Shown here: positions 39,569 through 51,600 of the stretch, piece after piece
Layout: each line of letters starts with the position of its first letter
How positions within the stretch are numbered: position 1 is the first letter of the stretch
NCBI GenBank assembly: GCA_038231275.1
Contig: JBBRLQ010000007.1
Span: forward strand, 96,001-160,000
Source: Polyangiales bacterium
GTDB lineage: Bacteria; Myxococcota_A; Polyangia; Polyangiales; Polyangiaceae
Direction of reading: 5' to 3'
Length of the DNA: 64,000 nt
The notes under the pieces: model-generated
The model's database searches: none
The model's input: the letters and a program-made list of their open reading frames with translations, nothing else
Told to the model about the DNA's origin: nothing
Translations under genes and position numbers: made by a program

Positions 39569-40414
39569 ATGAAGGCACACCTCTTCGCGTCGATCGCCGC
39601 AGCGTGCGCTGTCGGGTGCGGCGCCTCCCAGGTCAAGGTCATCGGCGCGGAAGGTCCCGAGTACTCCGCGACGCAGCGCGCCGACCCCAACCTCCGCGGG
39701 CACGCGCACAACGACAGCACGATCGAGCTCCCGAGCGACGAGCAGATCGTCGAGCCCGCGCATCCCGCCGTCGGCACGCCGCAAGAGCGCGCGCTCGTCC
39801 ACATCCACACGCCGAAAGCGGTCTGCTCGGGCGTCGTGATCGGCCCGCGCCTCATCCTCACCGCCCACCAGTGTGTCGCTCCCGAGGCGCGCGCGGCCGC
39901 GGCGGTCGTCGGCTTGCACCGCGTCGAGGTCGCGTCGAGCACGCTGACGTGGACCAACCGCGAGGCGTCGCACTTCGTGGTGCCCGCATGCGAGTGGTCG
40001 AAGCTCGATCTTGCGGTGATGATCCTGAAGGAGCCCGTCGAGTGGGTCCAGCCGCTCAAGGTCACCTCGGCCCCTGGTCCTGGCGGCGGCGTCCAGGCGC
40101 TCGGCTTCGGCAAGTGCGTCGGCGAGACGCGCGGCGTGCACGAGCGTATCGGCGCGGTGCTGAGCAGCGAGCCCGACGCAGTCATCATCGATGTCCCCTT
40201 GTGCCGTGGCGACGTTGGCGGCCCGGTCGTCGAGCGCGCCGCAGGAGATCTCGTCGGCGTCATTTCGCACCAGGACGATCCCGACGGCTCGCCCCGCCGA
40301 ACCACCACGATCGTGCGCTTCGACACGGTCGCCACCCGCGCGCTCGTCGATCAAGCCGCGGCGATCCTCAAGGGCGGCGATCCCGCGAAGCTCACGCCGC
40401 TCGCCTGCGAATGA
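39569..40414 (+). CDS. trypsin-like (S1) lipoprotein, catalytically degenerate
   Basis: CSGVVIGPRLILTAHQC, DLAV, CRGDVGGP. Confidence 0.8.
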   Translation: MKAHLFASIAAACAVGCGASQVKVIGAEGPEYSATQRADPNLRGHAHNDSTIELPSDEQIVEPAHPAVGTPQERALVHIHTPKAVCSGVVIGPRLILTAHQCVAPEARAAAAVVGLHRVEVASSTLTWTNREASHFVVPACEWSKLDLAVMILKEPVEWVQPLKVTSAPGPGGGVQALGFGKCVGETRGVHERIGAVLSSEPDAVIIDVPLCRGDVGGPVVERAAGDLVGVISHQDDPDGSPRRTTTIVRFDTVATRALVDQAAAILKGGDPAKLTPLACE

Positions 40415-40444
40415 CCGCGCGTCGGCGTGGTAGAGTCCGCGCCC

Positions 40445-41845
40445 ATGAGCGCCACGTCCGTTCGTGAAATCCTCCGCGGCTCACTCCCCGCCGGCAGCAA
40501 GGTCAAGGTCCAGGGCTGGGTCCGCACCCGCCGCGACTCGAAGGCGGGCCTGTCGTTCGTCCACGTCAGCGACGGCTCGTGCTTCGATCCGATCCAGGTC
40601 GTCGCGCCGAGCGCCCTCCCCAACTACGTCAGCGAGGTCCTCAAAATCACCGCGGGCTGCGCGGTCGAGGTCGAGGGCGAGGTCGTGGCCTCGCAAGGCC
40701 AAGGCCAGAAGCTCGAGGTGAGCGCCGCATCGGTGCGCGTCGTCGGTTGGGTCGAAGATCCCGAGAAGTATCCGATCCAACCCAAGCCCCACAGCCTCGA
40801 GTTCCTGCGAGAGGTGGCGCACCTCCGGCCGCGCACCAACACGTTCGGCGCCGTGTCCCGTGTCCGTCACACGATGGCGCAGGCGATGCACCGCTTCTTC
40901 GATCAGCAGGGCTTCGTCTGGGTGAACACGCCCATCGTGACGACCAGCGACGCCGAGGGCGCCGGCCACATGTTCCGCGTCAGCACGCTCGACGCGCTCA
41001 ACATGCCCAAGGGACCCGACGGCCAGATCGACTACGCGCAGGATTTTTTCGGCAAGCCCGCCTTCCTCACAGTGAGCGGCCAGCTCAACGTCGAGTCCTA
41101 CTGCCTCGCGCTCTCCAAGGTCTACACGTTCGGTCCCACGTTCCGCGCCGAGAACTCCAACACGACCCGCCACCTCGCGGAGTTCTGGATGGTCGAGCCC
41201 GAGATCGCTTTCGCGGATCTCACCGCCAACGCCGATCTCGCCGAGGCCTTCCTCAAGCACGTCGTGAAGGCGGTCCTCACCGAGCGCCCCGACGACATGA
41301 AGTTCTTCGTCGACCGCATCGAGAAGACGGCCATCTCCCGCCTCGAGAAGCTCGTCGACGTCCAGTTCGAGCGCATCGACTACGGCGAAGCGGTGAAGCT
41401 CCTCGAGGCGTCGAAGAAAAAATTCGAGTTCCCCATCAAATGGGGCAGCGACCTCCAGACCGAGCACGAGCGGTACCTCACCGAGGAGAAGATCGGCCGC
41501 CCCGTCGTGGTCATGAACTACCCCGAGCAGATCAAGGCGTTCTACATGCGCCTGAACGACGACGAGAAGACCGTCGCGGCGATGGACATCCTCGCGCCCG
41601 GCATCGGCGAGATCATTGGCGGCTCGCAGCGCGAGGAGCGGCTCGATCACCTCGAGCGGCGCATGGAGAAGCTCAAGCTCGAGAAGAAGCACTACGAGTG
41701 GTACCTCGATCTTCGCCGCTACGGCACCGTCCCGCACGCGGGCTTCGGCCTCGGTTTCGAGCGGATGCTCGTGTACATCACCGGCCTCGGAAACATCCGC
41801 GACGCGATCCCGTACCCGCGCGCCCCAAAGACGGCGGAGTACTGA
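40445..41845 (+). CDS. asnS: asparagine--tRNA ligase
   Basis: [51 protein letters not shown]. Confidence 0.98.
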   Translation: MSATSVREILRGSLPAGSKVKVQGWVRTRRDSKAGLSFVHVSDGSCFDPIQVVAPSALPNYVSEVLKITAGCAVEVEGEVVASQGQGQKLEVSAASVRVVGWVEDPEKYPIQPKPHSLEFLREVAHLRPRTNTFGAVSRVRHTMAQAMHRFFDQQGFVWVNTPIVTTSDAEGAGHMFRVSTLDALNMPKGPDGQIDYAQDFFGKPAFLTVSGQLNVESYCLALSKVYTFGPTFRAENSNTTRHLAEFWMVEPEIAFADLTANADLAEAFLKHVVKAVLTERPDDMKFFVDRIEKTAISRLEKLVDVQFERIDYGEAVKLLEASKKKFEFPIKWGSDLQTEHERYLTEEKIGRPVVVMNYPEQIKAFYMRLNDDEKTVAAMDILAPGIGEIIGGSQREERLDHLERRMEKLKLEKKHYEWYLDLRRYGTVPHAGFGLGFERMLVYITGLGNIRDAIPYPRAPKTAEY

Positions 41846-41852
41846 GTCTGTA

Positions 41853-41870
41853 CCCACGGCGACCCGTGGG
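41853..41870. terminator. hairpin between convergent genes
   Basis: CCCACGG-CGAC-CCGTGGG just after the asnS stop; no U-tract. Confidence 0.5.
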
Positions 41871-41885
41871 ATGGGCTCGACCTCT

Positions 41886-42368
41886 CTAGGTCGCGGCGGA
41901 TGCGGTTTGGCCTAGCCGACCTGCGGCCGCGGAGCGATGGCCGGTCGCCTCCACCATTCCGGATGCCTTCGCCAAGCCGAACGCGGGCATGTTCACGTAG
42001 ACCGTCTCGAAATTTCCTGCCGGAACGCGGTACGTCTCGTGCCATATGCCGACGTCGCCGTTCGTGCCGATGTGCTTGTTGAACGCGCGCCACGCCGGCA
42101 AGTGCGCCGAGTCTCGCGCCTTGGCGTACGCGAGCAGCTGCTCCGTCGACTTCCAGTAGCTGACCATGACGGTCGTGCGGCCGAGCCAGCCGTCGGCGCC
42201 GAGCATCCCGAGCTCGGGATGCGCCTTGAGCTCGGCGAGCATCCGCGGCATCGCCATCGCGGTACGCAACCACTGCAACGGCTTCCACCAGCGGTTGAAC
42301 CGCATGCCAATGAGGAAAACGACGACGTCCCCTTGATGCGAGCTCGTCAGGCGCTTGTCGATGATCAT
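41886..42368 (-). CDS. DUF4188-like protein
   Basis: VVVFLIGMR, MPRMLAEL, YW...L..YA, HLPAWRAF, VGIWHETY, YVNMPAFGL. Confidence 0.85.
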   Translation of the reverse strand: MIIDKRLTSSHQGDVVVFLIGMRFNRWWKPLQWLRTAMAMPRMLAELKAHPELGMLGADGWLGRTTVMVSYWKSTEQLLAYAKARDSAHLPAWRAFNKHIGTNGDVGIWHETYRVPAGNFETVYVNMPAFGLAKASGMVEATGHRSAAAGRLGQTASAAT

Positions 42369-42382
42369 GGGCTTCTCCTTCT

Positions 42383-42401
42383 TTGTGAACATTGTTCACA
42401 A
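42383..42401. promoter_or_regulatory. palindromic operator (probable TetR site)
   Basis: TTGTGAAC-ATT-GTTCACAA just upstream of the DUF4188 SD. Confidence 0.75.
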
Positions 42402-42416
42402 CGAGAGCAAAAAAAA

Positions 42417-43142
42417 TCAGGAACCGAGGCTCTGGAGCATCCGTTCGACGGACTCGCGGTAGAGGGCTGCGAACGACGCTTCGTCGCCCACCGGGCCGAG
42501 GTGACCGGAGAGGCGGAGCGAGATGAGACCGTGCAGGTGGGACCAGATCAAGACCGCGATTTTTTCGGGCAGCCCCTCGTCGAGCATTCCGGCGGCCATG
42601 CATTCGCGGACGCGATCGACCAGGAACCGGAACGTCGGGTCTTCGGCCATGGCGGCCAGATCCTTGCGCCCGGCGCGCGCGGGGAGGGAAGGCGCCGAAC
42701 GATGGATATCTTCTGCGGTGCTCATGAAGATGAAGCGGTAGTCCCTCGGGTTCTCGAGCGCGAAACGCAGGTATTGGTCTGCGCTCGTGAGCATTCGCTC
42801 GCGCGGGGTGCCCGCTCCCAGGGCGCGAACGAGGTAACTCGAGAAGACCGCGAAGCCCTGCGCGCACGCCGCATCCACGAGGGCGTCTTTGCCATCGAAG
42901 TGGCGGTAGACGCCGGCCGCGGAGACTCCCACGCGACGCGCGACTTCTCTGAGCGAAAAATTGGCGACGCCCCCTTCCAGAAAGACGTCCCGCGCGGCGG
43001 CGACGAGGCGAGAGCGCGTGTCATCGGAGGCGTGTTGGGCAGGCCGCCCCATCCCGCGTCCGCGTCCCTCGGCCGAGGGACGACCACCCCCGCGCCCGCT
43101 CGGTGCGGCGGCGGGCATGCGTGAACGAGCGGGGCGCATCAT
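42417..43142 (-). CDS. TetR family regulator
   Basis: FSLREVARRVGVSAAGVYRHFDGK; WSHLHG; start may be at 43052. Confidence 0.92.
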   Translation of the reverse strand: MMRPARSRMPAAAPSGRGGGRPSAEGRGRGMGRPAQHASDDTRSRLVAAARDVFLEGGVANFSLREVARRVGVSAAGVYRHFDGKDALVDAACAQGFAVFSSYLVRALGAGTPRERMLTSADQYLRFALENPRDYRFIFMSTAEDIHRSAPSLPARAGRKDLAAMAEDPTFRFLVDRVRECMAAGMLDEGLPEKIAVLIWSHLHGLISLRLSGHLGPVGDEASFAALYRESVERMLQSLGS

Positions 43143-43158
43143 GTGAACAGTGTTAACT
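43142..43158. promoter_or_regulatory. second copy of the operator (autoregulatory)
   Basis: TGTGAAC-AGT-GTTAACT at the TetR 5' end. Confidence 0.65.
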
Positions 43159-43225
43159 TAGCTTCGTCGGGGGGGACCGTCAACCGATCCCTGCGAAAAA
43201 TCCGGCGCGGTGGTAAATCAGCGCC

Positions 43226-44254
43226 ATGCCCGACGTGCTCGACCCGCGTGCCACACCCGCCGCGAGCGCTCGCTCGCTTCTCCGAGTCCTCGTCGTGACC
43301 GCTGCTACCGCGATGGGGTGCGCCTCCGCGGAAGGCGGGCGTCCCTCCTCTGTCCCCGCGCCCGCGTCTGTACGCGCGGCCGGAACCTGCATCGCCGCTC
43401 CAGCAAGGTCGGCGCGCCCGTCGCGGTTGGCGTTGGCGGTCCTCGGCTCAGGCGGGCCCCGCAGCTTCGGCCGCGCAGCCTCGGGCTACGTGCTCTTCGT
43501 GGATGGCGTCGCTCGTGCCCTCGTCGACGTTGGTCCCGGAGCGTTCGTTCGCCTCGGCGAGATGGGCGTCGATCTTCATCGGCTCGACACGGTGCTCCTC
43601 ACCCACCTTCACATCGATCACGCTGGGGATCTTCCGGCGTTCGTGAAATCGCGTGACCTCACGTACGACGAACCGCTCGATTTTCGCATATTCGGCCCGA
43701 ACGGCGCCGGTGCCTACCCGAGCACCACCGCATTCGTCGATCGTCTCTTCGGCGCGCACGGCGCGTTCGCATACTTGCCGAAATTCCGAAACACTCTCTC
43801 GCTCAATACCGTGGACCTTCCCATCGCGCCTGACGCGCCCATTCGGGAGGTCCTTCGCGATGGAGACCTGCGCGTGACGTCGACCGCGGTCGATCATGAC
43901 GACGTCCCTGCGGTCGCGTTTCGCGTCGCCTACGCGGGGCGCGCGATCGTCGTCTCCGGCGACCTGGCGTCGAAGAACGACAACCTCACACGCCTCGCCG
44001 AGGGCGCCGACCTCCTCGTCTACGACACGGCGGTGCTCGACCCGCCCGGGTCGCCCGACAAACTCTACGATTTGCACACCCCGCCGTCGCGCATCGGCGA
44101 AGTCGCTGCAAGCGCGCACGTGAAGTCGCTCCTTCTGAGCCACCTGCCGCCGCCCGTCGAGAAGGCCGAAGACGCCGTCCTGCGATCCGTGCGAACAGCG
44201 TTCGCAGGCCCGGCCCGGTTCGCGACCGACTGCATGCGCGTCGACATGGACTGA
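43226..44254 (+). CDS. MBL-fold metallohydrolase (RNase Z/arylsulfatase-like), probable lipoprotein
   Basis: LGSGGP, VDVGPG, THLHIDHAGD, SGD, HTPP, LSHL; AMGC signal. Confidence 0.85.
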   Translation: MPDVLDPRATPAASARSLLRVLVVTAATAMGCASAEGGRPSSVPAPASVRAAGTCIAAPARSARPSRLALAVLGSGGPRSFGRAASGYVLFVDGVARALVDVGPGAFVRLGEMGVDLHRLDTVLLTHLHIDHAGDLPAFVKSRDLTYDEPLDFRIFGPNGAGAYPSTTAFVDRLFGAHGAFAYLPKFRNTLSLNTVDLPIAPDAPIREVLRDGDLRVTSTAVDHDDVPAVAFRVAYAGRAIVVSGDLASKNDNLTRLAEGADLLVYDTAVLDPPGSPDKLYDLHTPPSRIGEVAASAHVKSLLLSHLPPPVEKAEDAVLRSVRTAFAGPARFATDCMRVDMD

Positions 44255-44269
44255 CGCAGACGAAGTCGC

Positions 44270-44746
44270 TCAGCGCGTCCTCGCGAGGCGCTGCTGGCGT
44301 CTCGCTTCGCCGGAGGCTTGTGAGGCGCGCACGTCGTCGCCGTCGAGGAGGAGGCGCGGGACGGGCGTCGGGGTGCCGTCGTCCGCGATGGCGACGAACG
44401 TGACGAGCGCGTCGACGCAGGGCCAGCGCCTTCCGGTCCTGCTGTCCTCGCCTTCGACCATCACCTCGACTTCCATCGACGTGCGGAAGGTCGCAGTCAC
44501 GCGGGCGCGCAGGCGGACGACCTCGCCCACTTTGACCGGGGCCTGGAATTTGAGATCGTCGACGAAGGCGGTGACGGCCATTTTTCCGGAGTGGCGTTGG
44601 GCGGAGATGGCCGCGCAGAGATCGACCCACGCCATGATCTGTCCGCCGAAGACGTTGCCCAGCGCGTTGGCGTGCTGGGGGAGGACGTACTCGGTCATTT
44701 CGGTGACCGAGGCGGCCTGGGGGCGGGCGGGGGTTTCGGTCGGCAT
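44270..44746 (-). CDS. hotdog-fold acyl-CoA thioesterase (YciA-like)
   Basis: VLPQHANALGNVFGG, VTAFVD, RTSMEV. Confidence 0.92.
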   Translation of the reverse strand: MPTETPARPQAASVTEMTEYVLPQHANALGNVFGGQIMAWVDLCAAISAQRHSGKMAVTAFVDDLKFQAPVKVGEVVRLRARVTATFRTSMEVEVMVEGEDSRTGRRWPCVDALVTFVAIADDGTPTPVPRLLLDGDDVRASQASGEARRQQRLARTR

Positions 44747-44815
44747 TTCGGGTTTGTAGCGCTTGGATGGGGTGATTGGCGAAGTTCGCTTGACCTCCCG
44801 CCGGCACGCGCTAGA

Positions 44816-44833
44816 GGAATGAACGTTCATTCC
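44816..44833. promoter_or_regulatory. perfect 18-bp palindromic operator
   Basis: GGAATGAACGTTCATTCC, 8 nt before the TetR ATG. Confidence 0.8.
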
Positions 44834-44841
44834 GGACTTCA

Positions 44842-45420
44842 ATGACTGACAAGACCGACAAAACCGACAAACGCGACCTGATCCTGGCTGCCGCGCTCAC
44901 GCTGTTCGCGGAGCGGGGCTTCCACGGGACCGCGGTGCCGCTGCTCGCCAGCGAGGCCGGCGTCGGCGCGGGCACCATCTATCGCTACTTCGAAAACAAG
45001 GAGGCGATCGTCAACGCGCTCTACTTGAAATGGAAGTGGGAGCTCGGTCACGCCATCCTGACGGACTTTCCCACTGGCGCCCCGGCAAGGCAGCAATTTA
45101 AGCACTTTTGGCAGCGCGCCGCTTGTTTCGCGAGCGATAACCCGCTCGCGTTCAAGTTCCTCGAGCTGCATCACCACGCGCCCTATCTGAACAAGGACGC
45201 ACGCACGCTCGAGGATCAGGTCCTCGCACCGGCGTTCCAGTTTTTCGCGGCCACATCCGCCCAAAAAATCACAAAGCCGCTCCCCACGGAGCTACTGGGC
45301 TCTGTGGTCTGGGGCGCGCTCGTCGGCCTCGTGAAATCGGCGTGGGAAGGCCGGATCGGGCTCACTCAGGAGGTCATCGACGCCGCCGAGCAATGCTGCT
45401 GGGAGGCGATTCGTGCGTAA
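44842..45420 (+). CDS. TetR family regulator
   Basis: LFAERGFHGT, AGVGAGTIYRYFENK. Confidence 0.93.
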   Translation: MTDKTDKTDKRDLILAAALTLFAERGFHGTAVPLLASEAGVGAGTIYRYFENKEAIVNALYLKWKWELGHAILTDFPTGAPARQQFKHFWQRAACFASDNPLAFKFLELHHHAPYLNKDARTLEDQVLAPAFQFFAATSAQKITKPLPTELLGSVVWGALVGLVKSAWEGRIGLTQEVIDAAEQCCWEAIRA

Positions 45421-45448
45421 ATATGCGTTGTTTTTGTTGTTTCATCAC

Positions 45449-45466
45449 GGAATGAATGTTCATTCC
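45449..45466. promoter_or_regulatory. second copy of the TetR operator
   Basis: GGAATGAATGTTCATTCC (17/18 identical to 44816..44833), upstream of the SDR gene. Confidence 0.8.
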
Positions 45467-45485
45467 GCATAGGAGAATTTTGGCC

Positions 45486-46367
45486 ATGAAGTCGCTCATC
45501 ATCCTCATCACCGGCGCTACCGCCGGCATCGGCCGCCACGCCGCCCTCCACCTCGCCCGCGCCGGCCACCGCGTCATCGCGACCGGTCGCAAGCCCGCCC
45601 TCCTCGCGGACCTCCGCAAACAGGCCGCCGGCACCAATCTCGAGACCCTGGAGCTCGACGTCACCCGCGCCGAGTCGATCGACGCCGCGCGCGAAGAGAT
45701 TGCCGCGCGGACGAGCGGTTACGGCATCGACGTCCTCGTCAACAACGCCGGCTATGGCCTCATGGGGCCCCTCGAAGAGATCAGTGACGTCGATCTTCGC
45801 GCGCAGTACGACACGAACGTTTTCGGCCTCGTCGCCATGATCCGCGCGTTCGTGCCGCAGATGCGCGCGCGCGGCGCCGGACGCGTCATCAACGTGAGCA
45901 GCATGGGCGGGCGAATGACGTTCCCGTTCATGGGCGCGTACAACTCGACGAAGTACGCCGTCGAATCGCTCAGCGACGCGCTGCGGATGGAGCTGGCTCC
46001 GTTCGGGGTCGCGGTATCGCTCATCGAGCCGGGCGCGATCAAGAGCGACTTCGCCGACCGCGCGATGTCCACGACCCGGTCGGTCGCCGGCTCACCGTAC
46101 GCGCCGATCCTCTCGGACGCCGATCGGATGAAGAAGCAGTTCGAGGCGACCGAGGTCGGGCCCGAGTGCGTCTCGCGCGCCATCGAGAAGGCGGCGACGG
46201 CGCGGTGGCCTCGCGCGCGCTATGTCGCGCCGGCCCGGACGCTCTTTGCGCTCTTCCTGATGCGCGTTCTTCCCACGTCGTGGACCGACGCGCTCCTGCG
46301 GACCGCTACGGGCTTGACGCGGCGGAAGCTCGGCGCAGGCGCCGGCGCGCATCCCGCGCTCGGATGA
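45486..46367 (+). CDS. classical SDR oxidoreductase
   Basis: TGATAGIG, NNAG, YNSTK; AGGAG SD. Confidence 0.93.
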   Translation: MKSLIILITGATAGIGRHAALHLARAGHRVIATGRKPALLADLRKQAAGTNLETLELDVTRAESIDAAREEIAARTSGYGIDVLVNNAGYGLMGPLEEISDVDLRAQYDTNVFGLVAMIRAFVPQMRARGAGRVINVSSMGGRMTFPFMGAYNSTKYAVESLSDALRMELAPFGVAVSLIEPGAIKSDFADRAMSTTRSVAGSPYAPILSDADRMKKQFEATEVGPECVSRAIEKAATARWPRARYVAPARTLFALFLMRVLPTSWTDALLRTATGLTRRKLGAGAGAHPALG

Positions 46368-46425
46368 CGTCTCGTCCTCACGCCTGCGTCGTCGTGCGCT
46401 CGTCCGGGGACGCGCGTCCAGATCG

Positions 46426-48561
46426 TCACGGGGCGAGCACGCGCACGTCGAGGTTCCACGCGCCCTGCGCGCCCGCGTAGCCGTCAACCACGATCCAGTA
46501 CGTGCCCGCATCGAGGGTGAGGTCGAGGAAGCTGCGCGCGCCCGTCGCGCCGACGTAGCACGCGCCGGGGACCTCCAGCCCGGGGCACGTCGCGCCGGTG
46601 CGCACGTCGAGTATCGTCGAATAGACGGAGCCCTCCATGTCGAAGACAACGCGCCGCGTCTGGGTGAGCACGAGGCGGAGCACCTGATCGGGCGCGCCGC
46701 CGGTGCCCGCGGGCGGCGCGTCGCACCCGTCGTCGAAGTCGGACGCCAGAGCGGTGGTGTCGCCGCTGAAAAAACCGCCTCCCGAGGGAATGTCGATGGC
46801 GGCGGCGCACCCGTCTGCGCCCGACCCCACGATCGTCGCCGCGACGGTCGGCCGCACGAGCACGCTGACCGAGTCGAGCTCTCCCAGTGTATCCGAGAGC
46901 ACGACGCGGTAGTCGCCGGCCGGCACCGCGCGCCTGTCGACGCGCACGGGGGTAGGGCCCGACGCGCAGGCAAGGTTGTCGGCGGGCTGGCACGCCGCGA
47001 GATCCAGCGCCACGCCGCCGAGCTCGTTCTGCGGGAAGCGCGCGATGATCAGCACGTCGCTCGTTTGCGCCAGCGGCAGCGCGAGGGCCGCGTTTGGCCG
47101 CCCGGGGTTGCATCCGTCCCGGATCGCGTCCTCGTGGTCGGCGAGCGAGATGGCCGTCGGCGCAGCGTTGATCGTCGCCGCGGGCGCGGTCACGCACGTT
47201 TGATCCGTCGGCGTTGCGGTCGGCGCCGATGCGATCACCGTGACGCTCGCGTCGAGCACCGTGCTTCCGGCGATCGCGACGAAATACGTCCCCGCCGGGA
47301 GGTTCCGCGCGAAGAGCGGCAGCGACGACGACGAGGTGCAGCGAAGCTCGTCGGAGAGCAGGGCGCAGCCGGGGCCACGCAGCTCGACGACGGGCACGCC
47401 GCTCCCACGCGACGTCGACGTGAGCACCTTCACGTCGGCCGGAGCCGCAAGCGCGAACGAGTACACGAGCTCCCCGGTCTTCGACGGGCACGCGCTCGGG
47501 AGATCTTTCGTCGCGTCGATGAGCTCGACGGTCAGCGCTGCGCCGAGCGTCAGCGGCGCGGCAGTCGCGCAGGTCTCGTTGCTCGGACGCGCCGTCGGCG
47601 CGCGGAAATCGACCGCGAGCTCCACCGTCGCCTCGAGCTGCGAGGTAACGACGACCGCGTAGGTGCCCGGCGGGAGGTCGCGCGCGCGCGCGCGGGTGGT
47701 CGTCCCTCCGCCCGCGCCGCACGCGAGCTCGGATGCGGGAACGCCGCACGTGCCGAGGATCGCGAGCGCGACCTCGGTCCCGGAGGCGGTCGCCCAAAGG
47801 TCCAGGTCCTTGTTTCCACCGGCGGGAATCGTGACGAGCGCGACCACGTCGTGCGCGGCGGCCGGCGTCGTCACCCCGCACGTCGCCGCGTAGTCGGGCC
47901 GCGCGCCCACCGTCGACAGCGCGTACGTGCCAGGCCCTCCGATCGCGTCGCCGTTCGCGCACGTGTCGTAGGCCGGTGTCGCGCACGGCGTCTCGTCGAC
48001 GACACCGTCGCAGTCGTCGTCTTTGGAGTTGCCACAGACTTCTTCGTGCGTCGACGCCACGGTCGGATCGCGATCGTCGCAATCTTTCCCTGGGGCGCAG
48101 TGTTCGTCCGCATCGCCGTCGCGGTCCAGATCACGCGGGTCGTGCGCGCACGACTTCATGTCCTCGAGGCACGTGTCGATCGTGCACGCGGTTCCGTCTT
48201 GGCAAGTCTGCGCAGCGCCAGCGCCGCAGCCCGTGCCCAGCGCGCATTGCTCGCGACCGTTGCAGTAGAGGTGATCGTCGCAGAGCGAGTCGTCCGGCAC
48301 ATTGCGGCAGCGGTGCAGCGCCGCGTCGCAGGCGTCGGCCGTGCAGGCCACACGATCGTCGCATTGGGTGTCGTCGAGGCAGGGCCCGCCAAGGGTCGGA
48401 TCGGCGTCGGCGCGCGCGTCGGGAGGCGGCGCCTCTACGTCCGCGGCGTCCGTCGCGTCGGGGCCCGCGTCGGCGCGCACGAGCACGTCGCGCGACGGAG
48501 AGCCGCACCCGACGACCGCGGCGAGCGCGACGATCGTGGCAGTGCGGCGCGCGACGCTCAT
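46426..48561 (-). CDS. large Cys-rich lipoprotein with MopE-like metal-binding motif and four tandem beta-sandwich repeats
   Basis: VVGC lipobox; DCDDRDPTV..EEVCGNSKDDDCDGVVDE; repeats opening DTC/ETC/QTC/DGC and containing GTY/GDY. Confidence 0.78.
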   Translation of the reverse strand: MSVARRTATIVALAAVVGCGSPSRDVLVRADAGPDATDAADVEAPPPDARADADPTLGGPCLDDTQCDDRVACTADACDAALHRCRNVPDDSLCDDHLYCNGREQCALGTGCGAGAAQTCQDGTACTIDTCLEDMKSCAHDPRDLDRDGDADEHCAPGKDCDDRDPTVASTHEEVCGNSKDDDCDGVVDETPCATPAYDTCANGDAIGGPGTYALSTVGARPDYAATCGVTTPAAAHDVVALVTIPAGGNKDLDLWATASGTEVALAILGTCGVPASELACGAGGGTTTRARARDLPPGTYAVVVTSQLEATVELAVDFRAPTARPSNETCATAAPLTLGAALTVELIDATKDLPSACPSKTGELVYSFALAAPADVKVLTSTSRGSGVPVVELRGPGCALLSDELRCTSSSSLPLFARNLPAGTYFVAIAGSTVLDASVTVIASAPTATPTDQTCVTAPAATINAAPTAISLADHEDAIRDGCNPGRPNAALALPLAQTSDVLIIARFPQNELGGVALDLAACQPADNLACASGPTPVRVDRRAVPAGDYRVVLSDTLGELDSVSVLVRPTVAATIVGSGADGCAAAIDIPSGGGFFSGDTTALASDFDDGCDAPPAGTGGAPDQVLRLVLTQTRRVVFDMEGSVYSTILDVRTGATCPGLEVPGACYVGATGARSFLDLTLDAGTYWIVVDGYAGAQGAWNLDVRVLAP

Positions 48562-48565
48562 GGGA

Positions 48566-50221
<1,656 letters not shown>

Positions 50222-50246
50222 GGATGCCGGTCGGTGTAGCACGAGC

Positions 50247-51593
50247 TCAGCCTTTTTCGGCCCGATCGCGGACGATCCGCGCGAGGGCCTCGCCCGCGGC
50301 GGTCGCGAGCTCCTCCATGCGACGGGTCGCGATCATCGACTCGCCGAGCTCGTCGGCCAGCACCATCACCGTCGCCCGGCCGAAGACCTGCACGCTCGCG
50401 ACCGCGACGTCGCGCGTCGGCGTCCCCATCACGCGCAAGAGGCTCGCGTGCGCGTCGGTCGTGTTGAGCGGACCCAAATAGGCGCCGTGGGTCGCCGCGT
50501 ACGAGAGGATGCTCGCCGCACCGGTCGACACCGAGACCTCTCGGATCGCCGCGACGTCGCCGAGCTCGGGGGTGCAGGTCCAGCCGAGGAACTCGTCGCG
50601 CTTCACGATGAAGAGCGCCACCTTTCGCGCGACGGCGCGCGTGCCCGCGAGGAGCAAATCGAGGACGTCGTCGCGATCGCGCGCCGCGCGCATGCCCGAG
50701 AAGATCGCTCCCGCGTCGGCGTAGAATCCGGGCGGCGGCTGACTTCGGCGCATTCCCGTGGGCATCGCCGGTGGAGGCGGCACCGACGCGAACGTGGGTG
50801 GACGCGGCTCGGTGTTCGGCGGCGGGGGCACCGACTCGGCGGGTGGCGGGATCAGCGTCGTCGGCTCGCGAATGAAGATGACGCGTTCGAGCGCGTTCTC
50901 GAGCGCCTGGCTCAGGTTGTCCCCCGGCGCGAACTCTCCGGCGCCGTCGGGGTCGGCCAGGAGCAGCGCCGGCCGCTGGCTCGGGGTTGGCGGCTCGGGA
51001 TGAATGGAGCGCCGGGTCAGCGGAATGGGGATGTCCCACGTGGGCGGCACCGGCGTGCTGTGCCGCGCGAGCTCGAGCACTCGCGCGTTGGTCAGCGGCG
51101 GCGGGGTCGCTTCGATCGACTGCGTTCCCCACGCCGGCGTGTGGCCGCTGCTCTTGCGCGGCGCCGCACCATTTCCTCCTTCGAGCTCGGCGACCGCGCG
51201 CTCGATCGCCTGCAGCGGTGCGCGCACGACGCGGATCGGCACGTTGAGGAGGTAACCGATCTCGAACGCGCCGTGTGCGTCACGGACGTCGGGCACGACG
51301 ACGTCGACCGTGCCGGTGCGCGGATCCCTGCGGACGGGCACCGCACAGAGGCGCGCGCAGAGCCCGGGCGGCAGGCGCCCGACGAGATCCTTCACCGGCA
51401 CCACCGCGCGCATGCTCGGCGTCTCCGCGCGCGAAATCTCCGCCTCGAGTCGCTCACGCGTCATCGCGCCCACCGACAGGATCGCGCGCACGAGGCACAC
51501 CCGCTCGCGCGCGGACGCCAGGAGCGCTTGCCCCAGCCCCTCCTGCGTAATCGCCTCCGTGAGGAGCAGCGCGCGTCCGAGCTCGAAGCTCAC
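50247..51593 (-). CDS. GspE/MshE N-terminal-like domain protein without ATPase
   Basis: LGRALL...[19 protein letters not shown]; Pro-rich linker; no Walker A. Confidence 0.6.
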   Translation of the reverse strand: MSFELGRALLLTEAITQEGLGQALLASARERVCLVRAILSVGAMTRERLEAEISRAETPSMRAVVPVKDLVGRLPPGLCARLCAVPVRRDPRTGTVDVVVPDVRDAHGAFEIGYLLNVPIRVVRAPLQAIERAVAELEGGNGAAPRKSSGHTPAWGTQSIEATPPPLTNARVLELARHSTPVPPTWDIPIPLTRRSIHPEPPTPSQRPALLLADPDGAGEFAPGDNLSQALENALERVIFIREPTTLIPPPAESVPPPPNTEPRPPTFASVPPPPAMPTGMRRSQPPPGFYADAGAIFSGMRAARDRDDVLDLLLAGTRAVARKVALFIVKRDEFLGWTCTPELGDVAAIREVSVSTGAASILSYAATHGAYLGPLNTTDAHASLLRVMGTPTRDVAVASVQVFGRATVMVLADELGESMIATRRMEELATAAGEALARIVRDRAEKG

Positions 51594-51600
51594 GCGCCGA

